64,000 bases of DNA, taken from an uncultured Oscillospiraceae bacterium. GTDB taxonomy: Bacteria > Bacillota > Clostridia > UMGS1883. The stretch spans positions 8,203 to 72,202 of the forward strand of contig CAYLPQ010000003.1 in NCBI GenBank assembly GCA_964385605.1. The letters run 5' to 3'. Under the pieces are notes generated by a model. It had not been told where the DNA came from, did no database searches, and saw nothing but the letters and a program-made list of their open reading frames with translations. This document shows positions 1 through 9,054 of this stretch, in pieces (position 1 is the first letter of the stretch; each line of letters begins with the position of its first letter). A program made the translations under genes and the position numbers.

Positions 1-154
1 TGATTTCCGATTCTGAACAGAAATCAATATGTTCAAGATAATTATAGCAGAAATCTTCACTTAATAAATCAAGTTTTTGAATTATACTGTCAAGTTGCGA
101 AATAGAATCTGTAAGAAAAAGCATTTTTTCTGCAAACATTTTGTTACCAGTCAT
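1..154 (-). CDS. hypothetical protein, N-terminal part only (runs off window start)
   Basis: ATG at 152-154 on the minus strand, preceded by a GGGG Shine-Dalgarno. 51 open codons (MTGNKMFAEKMLFLTDSISQLD...) run to the window edge. Divergent from the XRE gene. No family recognised. Confidence 0.3.
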   Translation of the reverse strand, partial: MTGNKMFAEKMLFLTDSISQLDSIIQKLDLLSEDFCYNYLEHIDFCSESEI

Positions 155-288
155 TACAACCGCCCCTTTTAGTAATAAAAATTTATTATGCAATAATAAT
201 TATTATTTATTTAGTAATATTTATTGCAATTATATCATATAGCTTTTCTTTTGTCAATAAGGTATAATGATTTTAAGGAGTGACAGTT

Positions 289-519
289 ATGAAAGATGAG
301 TTTTCACAAAATTACATAAAAATAGGGTTGAAAGTTTCTTATTATAGAAAACTTAAAGGACTCACACAAGAACAGCTTGCAAATATTATGAACGTCGGCA
401 CGAGTTTTATCGGTCAGATAGAGGCTCCGAATATTTATAAGCCAATAAGTCTTGATACACTGTTTAAAATAGCAAAGTATCTTGAAATTCCTCCACATAA
501 GTTTTTAGAATTTGATTAA
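289..519 (+). CDS. XRE-family helix-turn-helix transcriptional regulator
   Basis: HTH_3-like segment LKGLTQEQLANIMNVGTSFIGQIE. AAGGAG lies 8 nt upstream of ATG 289; the track ORF starts at the upstream GTG 280. Confidence 0.8.
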   Translation: MKDEFSQNYIKIGLKVSYYRKLKGLTQEQLANIMNVGTSFIGQIEAPNIYKPISLDTLFKIAKYLEIPPHKFLEFD

Positions 520-526
520 TTTTTTA

Positions 527-572
527 AGAAAACTGCGTACTTTGGGGACAGTCCCCAAAGTGCGCAGTTTTG
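527..572. terminator. bidirectional hairpin terminator between the XRE gene and clpC
   Basis: 19-bp stem aactgcgtactttggggac / gtccccaaagtgcgcagtt (531-549 / 551-569, one mismatch), flanked by an A-run and a T-run. Confidence 0.75.
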
Positions 573-575
573 CAT

Positions 576-2996
576 TTATTCTATTACAATTTCGCCGTCA
601 ACTTCTTTTACAACAACCTTGTCTCCGTCAACTACTTTTCCGTCAAGCATTTCTTCCGCAAAAAGGTCCTCGACTTTGCTTACGATAGCTCGTCTTAAAG
701 GTCTTGCTCCGTAAACGGGGTCAAAGCCCTCCTTCGCAAGAAGCTTAATCGCAGATTCATGGAATTCTGCCTCTATGCCGTTTTCCAGAAGACGTTTCTT
801 CAGATTTTCAAGCATTACAAGGGCGATTTTTCCGATTTCCTCCTCTGTAAGCTGCGAAAATACAATTATATCGTCAATACGGTTAAGAAATTCCGGTCTG
901 AACATCTTCTTAAGCTCATCCATAACATTGTTGCGGATGTTCTTATTGACGGTTGCGTGATCGTCTGCCTGTGATGCAAAACCAAGTGTTTTCGGCTCGG
1001 AAATATTTCTTGCACCTACGTTACTTGTCATAATGATAACACAGTTTTTAAAATCTACGCGTCTGCCCTGACTGTCGGTAAGCTGTCCGTCATCAAGTAT
1101 CTGCAGAAGAATGTTGAACACATCGGGGTGAGCCTTTTCTATTTCGTCGAAAAGAACTACACTGTAAGGCTTGCGTCGCACCTTTTCTGTAAGCTGTCCG
1201 CCCTCTTCAAAGCCTACATATCCGGGAGGCGAGCCGACAAGCTTTGACACCGAGTGCTTCTCCATAAATTCTGACATATCAACTCTGATAAGAGCATCCT
1301 CATCACCGAAGAGTGCCTCTGTAAGCGCTTTGCTTAATTCCGTCTTACCAACACCTGTTGGTCCCAGGAATATGAATGAACCGATAGGTCTCTTCGGTTC
1401 TTTAAGACCCACTCTGCCGCGGCGGATTGCTCTTGACACGGCACTCACAGCCTCGTTCTGACCGATAACGCGCTTATGAAGAACATCCTCAAGCTTACGA
1501 AGTCTTTCGCTTTCCTCCTCGGCAAGCTTTACTACAGGGATTCCTGTCCAGCCGGAGATAACGGCGGCAATTTCTTCCTCACCGATTTCCCCTGCGGACT
1601 GACTTGTCTGACCTTTCCATTCTTCTCTTAATTTTTCCAGATTTTCTTTGAGCTCTTTCTCTTTATCACGAAGAACAGCCGCTTTTTCAAAGTCCTGCGA
1701 ATTTATTGCTTCTTTCTTTTCTGCCGCAACCTCATCAAGCTCTTTTTCCATATCCTTAACGTCAGCAGGAGGAGTAAGCGCCCCAAGTCTTACACGGCTG
1801 CATGCCTCGTCAACAAGGTCAATTGCCTTGTCGGGAAGATAGCGGTCTGTAATATAGCGACTGCTCATCTTTGCGGCGGCAATTATTGCCTTGTCACTTA
1901 TTTTAACACCGTGATGAGCTTCGTACTTTTCGCGGATGCCCTTAAGAATTTCTATGGTTTCCTCAACAGACGGCTCGCCCACGGTCACAGGCTGAAAACG
2001 GCGCTCAAGAGCGGCATCCTTTTCCACATATTTTCTGTACTCATTAAGAGTGGTTGCACCGATAAGCTGCATTTCTCCTCTTGCAAGGGAGGGCTTCAGT
2101 ATATTCGCTGCATCAATGGCACCCTCTGCCGCACCTGCTCCGATAATTGTGTGTAACTCATCCACAAAAAGAATTACGTTGCCGGATTTCGTTATTTCTT
2201 CCATTGCTTTTTTAAGTCGTTCCTCAAATTCACCACGGTATTTTGCGCCTGCAAGCATTCCCGAAAGGTCAAGGGAGAACACCCTTTTATCCTTTAACAG
2301 CTCGGGGACATTTCCTGCGGCAATTTCCTGTGCAAGTCCCTCTGCAACTGCAGTTTTACCTACACCCGGCTCACCCAGAAGTACGGGGTTATTCTTCGTT
2401 CTTCTTGACAGAATCTGAATAACTCTGTCAATCTCTTTTTCTCTGCCGATTACAGGGTCAAATTTTCCTGCCTTTGCAAGAGCGGTAAGGTCTCTTCCGA
2501 ACTGATTAAGGGTTGGTGTATCGCCGCCTTTTTTATTTGAAGGCTTCTCACTTTCGGGGGTAGCCTCTGAAAGCTGTGCTGTTATATCCTCATACAGATT
2601 ATTGGGTGCGCCTAGCTCCATAAGTATTTTAAAAGCAACACTGTCGCGCTCTCTTGCAAGAGCAAGGAGTATATGCTCTGTTCCGATATATGCGCTCTGA
2701 TGTTTATGAGCCTCTGTCATACTGTTCTGCAGGCACCTTGAAGTTCTGGGGGTAAATCCTGCAAACTGCGCCTGGTCAGAGGATATTGATGCATTGTATT
2801 TTTCTATATACTGTTTTACAGCATGCTTTTCTATGTGCAGAGATGAAAGGTATTTTGCGGCAAATCCGCTGCCTTCCTCCATAAGACCGTACAAAAGATG
2901 CTCTGTGCCGATGTAGTTACATCCCGTCTCATGGGCGCACCCCTCGGAAAGAGCTATGGCGCGCTGGGCTTTTTGTGTGAATCTGTTTTCCATCAT
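576..2996 (-). CDS. clpC: ATP-dependent Clp protease ATP-binding subunit ClpC
   Basis: 806 aa with Clp_N repeats and two AAA+ modules (Walker A GEPGVGKT and GPTGVGKT). It is the last gene of the ctsR-mcsA-mcsB-clpC operon. Confidence 0.96.
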   Translation of the reverse strand: MMENRFTQKAQRAIALSEGCAHETGCNYIGTEHLLYGLMEEGSGFAAKYLSSLHIEKHAVKQYIEKYNASISSDQAQFAGFTPRTSRCLQNSMTEAHKHQSAYIGTEHILLALARERDSVAFKILMELGAPNNLYEDITAQLSEATPESEKPSNKKGGDTPTLNQFGRDLTALAKAGKFDPVIGREKEIDRVIQILSRRTKNNPVLLGEPGVGKTAVAEGLAQEIAAGNVPELLKDKRVFSLDLSGMLAGAKYRGEFEERLKKAMEEITKSGNVILFVDELHTIIGAGAAEGAIDAANILKPSLARGEMQLIGATTLNEYRKYVEKDAALERRFQPVTVGEPSVEETIEILKGIREKYEAHHGVKISDKAIIAAAKMSSRYITDRYLPDKAIDLVDEACSRVRLGALTPPADVKDMEKELDEVAAEKKEAINSQDFEKAAVLRDKEKELKENLEKLREEWKGQTSQSAGEIGEEEIAAVISGWTGIPVVKLAEEESERLRKLEDVLHKRVIGQNEAVSAVSRAIRRGRVGLKEPKRPIGSFIFLGPTGVGKTELSKALTEALFGDEDALIRVDMSEFMEKHSVSKLVGSPPGYVGFEEGGQLTEKVRRKPYSVVLFDEIEKAHPDVFNILLQILDDGQLTDSQGRRVDFKNCVIIMTSNVGARNISEPKTLGFASQADDHATVNKNIRNNVMDELKKMFRPEFLNRIDDIIVFSQLTEEEIGKIALVMLENLKKRLLENGIEAEFHESAIKLLAKEGFDPVYGARPLRRAIVSKVEDLFAEEMLDGKVVDGDKVVVKEVDGEIVIE

Positions 2997-3011
2997 AAAT
3001 TATCATTCCTT

Positions 3012-4013
3012 TCACAGTGCATTCTGCAGAATTTCAGCGCGCTTTATATCGCGCATTCCCGCCGCTTCCTCGCCTGTTGCAAGAACAAGGGTTGCGGGCA
3101 TTGTGTCAAAGAGCGCCTTACGCAGTTTTGCACAGTCAATATTCTTTATTATTCCTGAATTTGCTCCCATACAAACATTGGAAACAAGATTCATTGCCTC
3201 ATTGCTTGAAATCATATAAGCATATTTGAGAAGTCCCAGACTGCGGAGACATTTGTCGGTCATTTCGGACTGTTTTTTCTCAAAAAGCTCTGCCGATATA
3301 CGTCGTTCCTCACTGATAAGACTGCACGCGGCGGCTGTAAATCTTGTTATAATATCCGTTTCTTCTGCACCAAGGGTTGTCTGATTTGACAGCTGATAAA
3401 GGTCACCGCTTGCCTTTGAGCCTTCGCCGTAAAGACCGCGCACCGTCATAGAAAGGTTCGCCGCCCATTTCAGAAGAGGGCTGAGGCTGTGGGTAAGACT
3501 GATTGCAGGCAGATGAAGCATCACTGACGCACGAAGCCCTGTTCCCGCATTGGTGGGACAGCTTGTAAGATAGCCGAATTCCTCGTCTACGTCAAAGGTA
3601 AGCTTCTCCGATAAAAGTGCTTCAAGCTTTTTGGCTGTATCGTAGGCTTTTTCCGCCTCGAGACCGCTTTCGAACACCTGCAGACGGATGTGATCCTCCT
3701 CATTTACCATAACGGAAATTTTTTCATCCTTACTTATTATTGCCACAGAAGGAACTCTTGAAGCACAAAGTTCGGGACTTATAAGATGTTTTTCTATGAG
3801 AGATTTTTTCTCGGTATCTGAAATATCGCTCATACGGTAGAGCTTGAGTTCATTTTTCAGGGGTGAATTATCAAATGCCGACCAGACCTCTTCCACAAGC
3901 TTCCGCGCATCGGCTACGGACATATTTGACGGGTAGGGGATTCCCTTGATATTACGGGCAAGACGTATTCTGGTGGTTACAGCAATATCGTTTTCGTTAC
4001 CTGTTGGTTTCAT
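3012..4013 (-). CDS. mcsB: protein arginine kinase McsB
   Basis: ATP:guanido phosphotransferase domain (CPTNAGTGLRASVMLHLP). Position between mcsA and clpC fits. Confidence 0.93.
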   Translation of the reverse strand: MKPTGNENDIAVTTRIRLARNIKGIPYPSNMSVADARKLVEEVWSAFDNSPLKNELKLYRMSDISDTEKKSLIEKHLISPELCASRVPSVAIISKDEKISVMVNEEDHIRLQVFESGLEAEKAYDTAKKLEALLSEKLTFDVDEEFGYLTSCPTNAGTGLRASVMLHLPAISLTHSLSPLLKWAANLSMTVRGLYGEGSKASGDLYQLSNQTTLGAEETDIITRFTAAACSLISEERRISAELFEKKQSEMTDKCLRSLGLLKYAYMISSNEAMNLVSNVCMGANSGIIKNIDCAKLRKALFDTMPATLVLATGEEAAGMRDIKRAEILQNAL

Positions 4014-4492
4014 TATTTATTATCCCCTTTCTGTGAATTTTCCGTTTCACGGATTTTATCGCGGAGAACTGCCGCCTGTTCAAAATTCTCCTCGGCTATA
4101 GCCCTGGTCAATTCTTCTCTTAATTTTTCAACAGGAGATTTTTGGGTTTCTTTCTTTGGCTCCTCTGCAGATTGAACGGGGGCAGTGACGTGCTTTGCAG
4201 TACCGTGAATTTTTTTAAGCATTGCACTCGCCTGGGGGCGGAATGTATTATAGCATTCTCCGCAACCCATTCTGCCGCGCCTTGAAAATTCTGCAAGAGT
4301 CATTCTGCAGACAGGGCAAACGGTGTTCTGCTTTGACGGACGTGTGCCGAAGCTTAAAATTGAGCCAAGATTATCAAATATAGACTCCTGGGACGCGCAG
4401 GCTGAACAAATATTCAGTGTTCTTTTCTGCCCGTTTACTATCTGTGTATACATTACAGTTGCGTTATTTTTACCGCATTTCTCACATAACAT
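4013..4492 (-). CDS. mcsA: McsA (UvrB/UvrC-motif, zinc-finger activator of McsB)
   Basis: Four CxxC pairs (CEKCGK, CSAC, CPVC, CGEC) plus a C-terminal UVR motif (FEQAAVLRDKI). Its stop overlaps the mcsB start by 1 nt. Confidence 0.9.
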   Translation of the reverse strand: MLCEKCGKNNATVMYTQIVNGQKRTLNICSACASQESIFDNLGSILSFGTRPSKQNTVCPVCRMTLAEFSRRGRMGCGECYNTFRPQASAMLKKIHGTAKHVTAPVQSAEEPKKETQKSPVEKLREELTRAIAEENFEQAAVLRDKIRETENSQKGDNK

Positions 4493-4508
4493 AAAAAATC
4501 ATTCCTTT

Positions 4509-4961
4509 CTAGCGCTTGAAGATACCTGTTATCATACTTTTGAATATTCTGGCGCGGAGGGCATCGCGGACACTACTCTCAATGGGTAGTGCTTTGTCAT
4601 TTATTGCTCCTAAAATAAGATGTGCCTCTCTGGGAGTTATACATTCATAATCAAGAAGATTCTGCACAAAAACTGTCGCCGTACGATAGGAAAGGGTATT
4701 TCCAACGGCATTTACAATATGCATTGGGTAGGTTGAAGGCTCGGTATTTACTGCACGGATTCTGACACCGCCGCCACCGCCCCTGCGGCTCTCTATAATA
4801 TATCCCCTCTCGGGAGTAAAACGCGTCTGTATAACATAATTAATCTGACTCGGCACGCACTTCAGCTCGCCTGCAAGGTTGTTTCGCTGAATTTCTACGT
4901 TGCCACCGGCTTCCTTAAGCATCTGGAGAAGCATTTTTTCAATTGCATCTGACATATTCAT
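4509..4961 (-). CDS. ctsR: class III stress-gene repressor CtsR
   Basis: CtsR-like sequence (MSDAIEKMLLQML..., glycine-rich RRGGGGG loop). Start set at ATG 4961, 9 nt after a GAGG Shine-Dalgarno; the track ORF starts at TTG 4985. Its own operator lies immediately upstream. Confidence 0.9.
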   Translation of the reverse strand: MNMSDAIEKMLLQMLKEAGGNVEIQRNNLAGELKCVPSQINYVIQTRFTPERGYIIESRRGGGGGVRIRAVNTEPSTYPMHIVNAVGNTLSYRTATVFVQNLLDYECITPREAHLILGAINDKALPIESSVRDALRARIFKSMITGIFKR

Positions 4962-4987
4962 ACATAATCGCCTCACTTTCTTCAAAA

Positions 4988-5011
4988 TTTGACTTTGACT
5001 TTCTTTGACTT
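4988..5011 (-). promoter_or_regulatory. CtsR operator (heptad direct repeats)
   Basis: Minus-strand reading is AGTCAAAGAAAGTCAAAGTCAAA. This matches the CtsR box RGTCAAA-NAN-RGTCAAA and carries a third abutting GTCAAA. Confidence 0.85.
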
Positions 5012-5012
5012 T

Positions 5013-5041
5013 AATATATCACCCTGTTTTTCATTTGTCAA
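5013..5041 (-). promoter_or_regulatory. sigmaA-type promoter of the ctsR operon
   Basis: Minus strand: TTGACA (5036-5041), 17-nt spacer, TATATT (5013-5018). The operator sits just downstream, over the expected transcription start site. Confidence 0.7.
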
Positions 5042-5111
5042 TACCTTTTTCAAAAAAAGTTTGACGTACCCTTTCTATGGCTATATAATAAGCATATAAG
5101 GAGAAATGTAT

Positions 5112-6002
5112 ATGAAAGAATATAACAAAATTTCCTCGCCGCCACTGATTGAGGCGGATTCAATTATATATATTGTAAACGACAAGCTTGCATCCTCGAT
5201 TGTTGAATATCCCGGCAGATACAGCTTCTGGCAGTTATACCTGGTCACCGAAGGGGAGGTGCGTATCAGCCGCGATAACGAGGATTTGTGCATAAAAGAG
5301 GGGAATATGTTTCTTCTTTCTCCTAAAGGCGACCTGCGCACAGCAAAAAAGGCAATTGATAAGGACGGCAGGTTTTTCGTAATTTCCTTTGAAAGCAAGT
5401 CCGATGCCTTGCAGGAAATGTGCGAAAGGGAAATTCCTCTTTCACCCGCAGAGCGCATACCTGTTGAGGAAATCTGCTCTACAGGAATAAAGGTGCTTCA
5501 GCCCATAAAGCACAACGAGGAAAAACAGGGATTAAGGGAGAAAAATACATCACATCCCGCAGTGCTTCAGTATATGAAGGTTTCTCTCGAACAATTTTTA
5601 CTCAAAATTTATTGCCGTGAAATGGACATCAGAAGTATGGGCAATGCAAAGGAAAAAGCCAACCGTCAGAACTACGAAAAAGGCATTGTCCGCCGGGCGG
5701 ATGAGTTTATGCATAAAAACGTGTGTGAGAAGCTTTCTATAAATGACATTGCACAAGCGCTTGCTGTAAATAAAACCACTCTGCGAATATCATACAAAAA
5801 AGAAACGGGTGTAAGCATTATAAAAGCATTTTCAAGGATGAAAGTTGCCGAGGCACAGCACCTTATAGCAGAAACGGATATGAACTTCACCCAGATTGGT
5901 GAGGAATTGGGATTTTTGTCGCTGTATCACTTTTCGCGGTTTTTTAAAGAAAATATGGGTATAACACTTTCGGAATATAGTAAGGAGATAGCAAAAAAAT
6001 AG
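5112..6002 (+). CDS. AraC-family transcriptional regulator (cupin sensor plus HTH)
   Basis: C-terminal AraC HTH (LSINDIAQALAVNKTTL...YHFSRFFKENMGITLSEY). AAGGAG lies 9 nt upstream of ATG 5112; the track ORF starts at 5106. Confidence 0.85.
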   Translation: MKEYNKISSPPLIEADSIIYIVNDKLASSIVEYPGRYSFWQLYLVTEGEVRISRDNEDLCIKEGNMFLLSPKGDLRTAKKAIDKDGRFFVISFESKSDALQEMCEREIPLSPAERIPVEEICSTGIKVLQPIKHNEEKQGLREKNTSHPAVLQYMKVSLEQFLLKIYCREMDIRSMGNAKEKANRQNYEKGIVRRADEFMHKNVCEKLSINDIAQALAVNKTTLRISYKKETGVSIIKAFSRMKVAEAQHLIAETDMNFTQIGEELGFLSLYHFSRFFKENMGITLSEYSKEIAKK

Positions 6003-6027
6003 CATTGGGTTTACCAATGCTATTTTT
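6001..6027 (+). terminator. rho-independent terminator of the AraC gene
   Basis: Stem agcattgg / ccaatgct followed by TATTTTT. Confidence 0.7.
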
Positions 6028-6062
6028 GCTATCAGTTTTTATTCATATAAATGCGTCATCTC

Positions 6063-6089
6063 AAAAATTCCCCAATTTGGGGAATTTTT
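6063..6089. terminator. palindromic hairpin (CCCCAA..TTGGGG family)
   Basis: aaaaattccccaa / ttggggaattttt. Lies between convergent genes. Shares the CCCCAA-TTGGGG core with the hairpins at 531-569 and 30179-30217. Confidence 0.65.
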
Positions 6090-6094
6090 TATAT

Positions 6095-7342
6095 CTACTT
6101 TTTGAAGTTTTCCGTGAATTCGGCTACATCAATAACTTTTCCTGTTTTTCTTGCTTCTTCTGCAGCGAATGCAATCATATGTGAATGAAGACATTCTCTG
6201 GCAGGAGATTTGTTTGCAGAGTTATCACCGTTTACGCACTGTGCAAATGCTCTTACAATTCCTTCATCACCGCCGCCATGCTTTGTGAAATCGCTTACGA
6301 TATGGAACTTCTCTGTTTCGTGAGCACCGAAAATCTTAAGCTCGATTTCGCCTGTATCAAGGTCACCGCCGAGTTCACCGTAAGTACCCATAATCTTAAT
6401 AGTTCTTGAATGGTCATATGTAAAAGCAGAAACGGTGAACACAACCGTAATATCATCCTCAAACTGCATTGAAACAACTTGATGGTCACACACGTTGTTG
6501 TCGCAACGGAACACACATTTACCCCAATCGCTTGTCTTAAGGTCCTGTGTTATGCTTTCCTCGTCCTCAACATAGCCGGGAACACGGAATTTTGCAATGT
6601 TCGGAGGGGGATTAATATTGAACTTCACTGGATTATAGGGGCAAGTGTCTGCAATCTTACAGTCAACAACACATCTTGTACCGCTGCCCTCAGGTGCGTT
6701 TTCTTCATTAAAGAAGCCTATGTTACCGAAAGAAGAAACCTTAAGACATTTTTTACCCGTAAGGAATGTAAGAATATCCATATCGTGACAGCACTTTGCA
6801 AGAATAAGGGGAGATGTTGTGTCTGTGCTTCTCCACTTTCCGCGCACAAAGTTGTTTGATGCAAACCAGTAAGCCATATTTTCGTTATGGTTGATTGACA
6901 TTATTTTACCAATTCTGCCACTGTCAATAAGCTCCTTAATTTTTACAAAGAAAGGTGTGTAGCGGAGAACGTGACAAATCATAAGGGTTTTGTCAAATGT
7001 TTCTGCAACTGTATCAATTTCCGCAACATCCTCGGGGAATGAAGAGATAGGCTTTTCAAGAAGAATATGATAGCCCTGCTTTGAACACATTCTGAAAGGC
7101 GCAACATGGTCACGGTCATTGGTACAAATCATCGCAATGTCCGCAAGCCTTCCAAGAGGCTCCATATCCGTAAAGCTTTCAAAGCACATATCGTCCGCCA
7201 CATCATAATGCTCCTGCACCCAGTCACGGTTTGACTTGATGGGGTCAGCAACGCCAATAAGCTTAATGTCGTTTTCTGCAAGGAAATCAAGATATGCAAG
7301 TCGTCCTCGGGGACCTGCACCGATTAAAATAGCAGTTTTCAT
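6095..7342 (-). CDS. Gfo/Idh/MocA-family oxidoreductase
   Basis: N-terminal Rossmann fold MKTAILIGAGPRGR and an EKP motif (LLEKPIS). 415 aa. Confidence 0.85.
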   Translation of the reverse strand: MKTAILIGAGPRGRLAYLDFLAENDIKLIGVADPIKSNRDWVQEHYDVADDMCFESFTDMEPLGRLADIAMICTNDRDHVAPFRMCSKQGYHILLEKPISSFPEDVAEIDTVAETFDKTLMICHVLRYTPFFVKIKELIDSGRIGKIMSINHNENMAYWFASNNFVRGKWRSTDTTSPLILAKCCHDMDILTFLTGKKCLKVSSFGNIGFFNEENAPEGSGTRCVVDCKIADTCPYNPVKFNINPPPNIAKFRVPGYVEDEESITQDLKTSDWGKCVFRCDNNVCDHQVVSMQFEDDITVVFTVSAFTYDHSRTIKIMGTYGELGGDLDTGEIELKIFGAHETEKFHIVSDFTKHGGGDEGIVRAFAQCVNGDNSANKSPARECLHSHMIAFAAEEARKTGKVIDVAEFTENFKK

Positions 7343-7510
7343 ACTAACACCTCGTTTTTTGATTTATACCTTGATTATAGTCTGTTTTTTCAGAAAAACA
7401 ATATCTTATACAGCACAAAATTTAACTAAAATGATATGATTGTCCGGCTATATTGACACAATTTTACTTTATATGTTATAATTAAAGAAAATTTTCACAG
7501 GAGGTTTTTT

Positions 7511-8980
7511 ATGAATACCAAAGCTAAAAAAATAGTGTGCATAATTCTGTTTTCCATTGTGCTTCAGATTATGTTAATCCCGTTTATTTATACATTTATT
7601 TTGAGTATGAAGGATTATAAACCCTTTGCGGGTTTGTTTGGCAGCGCCTTTGTGGGTATGAAAAACATCGCTACCGTATTAAGTTCGCCATATTTTTCAA
7701 GACTTTTAGGTAATACCTTCTCTATATCTGTTATTGGATTAATTGCAGGTGCCGTGTATGTCTTCCTTGCTTCTATGGCAATAGGCGGCATAGGTAACCG
7801 CTGGGTTAAATCACTGGTTGCAGTTTTCTTTGCAATCCCTGCACTTATTCCCGTAACCTTTGCGCGTTTCTTTTTCCCGACAGCAATGTTGACAGGTGAA
7901 ATCCCCGGCTATCAGCTGATAGCGGGAATTTTAGGCGGTTTAAGACTTGCAGGACTGGTATCCTTTGTTTCAATATTCACAAAGGATGATGTTCTGAAGC
8001 AGGGTCTTAAAACCACTCTTCTGTTTGTTGCTCTTAAGATGGTAACTTTCTTTTCTCCCGATGCTACCGTTAGCCTTGCTTCAATCAATCCGGCTATTTA
8101 CGAGGTTGCGGACACCCTTGCAACATATATGTACAGAGTAGGACTGATAGATACAAACTTTAGTTTTTCTGCCGCAGTTGGTATGATAAGAATGATTATG
8201 CAGCTCATTTTAGCTATTCCCATGATATTTGTTGTGAGATATATTATGCGTGAGGAAAAGGTTGTAAGACCACAGAATAAGCTGTTCAGCCTGTTCTCAA
8301 TTTCCGCAATTACACCACTTATTTTCCTTATACTGTCAATTGTTCTTTGCGGTTCGATTTTCTCCGTTTTTTCAGTTTCAGGTTATTTAGGAGATTTTGC
8401 CCCCTTTATGGCAAATGGATTTATAACATCTTTGTCCTCGGCTATACTAGTTGCGTTTATGGCTTATGCTGTAGCACTTTTGGGGCGCAACTCCGGAATG
8501 TTGGGAATTATCGGTATAACGTTGTTGTGCGCTATGACAGGCAACCTTATTTCCGAATATTTACTTATACGTCAGTTTGGTTTGCTTAACACATATCTGG
8601 CTGTAGCTGCAGGCAATCTTAAACTTGTTCCCATGATTTCACTTCTGTTCATGTTTGCCACAAAGAATAACCGCAGTGTGAAAAAGGATATGGCAGTAGT
8701 TATTGCAATGATACTTATGGTATTTGCATGGACCTGGGGTGACTTTTTCACTGACTCCATAGTCATCAGCGACCGTTCAAAACACACAGCTTCACTTCTT
8801 GCAAGACAAATCTGCACCCAAAATAATTCTGCTATGGTTACAGAAGGTACGGGCGCTGTTGGAGCCGTTCTTTCCAACGCAATTATGGCAATAACCAGAG
8901 TTATTCCGCTTACAATAGTGTTTGGCGGAAGTATATTGGTAGCACTGCTTAATAAAACAAATACACTTGAAATAAAGTAA
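7511..8980 (+). CDS. polytopic membrane protein: fused, truncated LplB-like plus LplC-like ABC permease halves
   Basis: The N-terminal half resembles MalF/LplB permeases (YKPFAGLFGSAFVGMKNI..., TYMYRVGLIDTNFSFSAAVGM). The C-terminal half resembles MalG/LplC (GNLISEYLLIRQFGLLNTYLAV..., WTWGDFFTDSIVISDRSKHTASLLARQI). I see no EAA-loop motif in either half. AGGAGG ribosome-binding site. Confidence 0.6.
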   Translation: MNTKAKKIVCIILFSIVLQIMLIPFIYTFILSMKDYKPFAGLFGSAFVGMKNIATVLSSPYFSRLLGNTFSISVIGLIAGAVYVFLASMAIGGIGNRWVKSLVAVFFAIPALIPVTFARFFFPTAMLTGEIPGYQLIAGILGGLRLAGLVSFVSIFTKDDVLKQGLKTTLLFVALKMVTFFSPDATVSLASINPAIYEVADTLATYMYRVGLIDTNFSFSAAVGMIRMIMQLILAIPMIFVVRYIMREEKVVRPQNKLFSLFSISAITPLIFLILSIVLCGSIFSVFSVSGYLGDFAPFMANGFITSLSSAILVAFMAYAVALLGRNSGMLGIIGITLLCAMTGNLISEYLLIRQFGLLNTYLAVAAGNLKLVPMISLLFMFATKNNRSVKKDMAVVIAMILMVFAWTWGDFFTDSIVISDRSKHTASLLARQICTQNNSAMVTEGTGAVGAVLSNAIMAITRVIPLTIVFGGSILVALLNKTNTLEIK

Positions 8981-8995
8981 ATATTATTAAACCCA

Positions 8996-9051
8996 AAAGA
9001 GGCTGTAGCAAAACGAATAAATATTTATTCGTTTTGCTACAGCCTCTTTTT
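8996..9051. terminator. perfect 56-nt palindrome / bidirectional terminator
   Basis: aaaagaggctgtagcaaaacgaataaat is followed by its exact reverse complement. Lies between convergent genes. Confidence 0.85.
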
Positions 9052-9054
9052 TGA

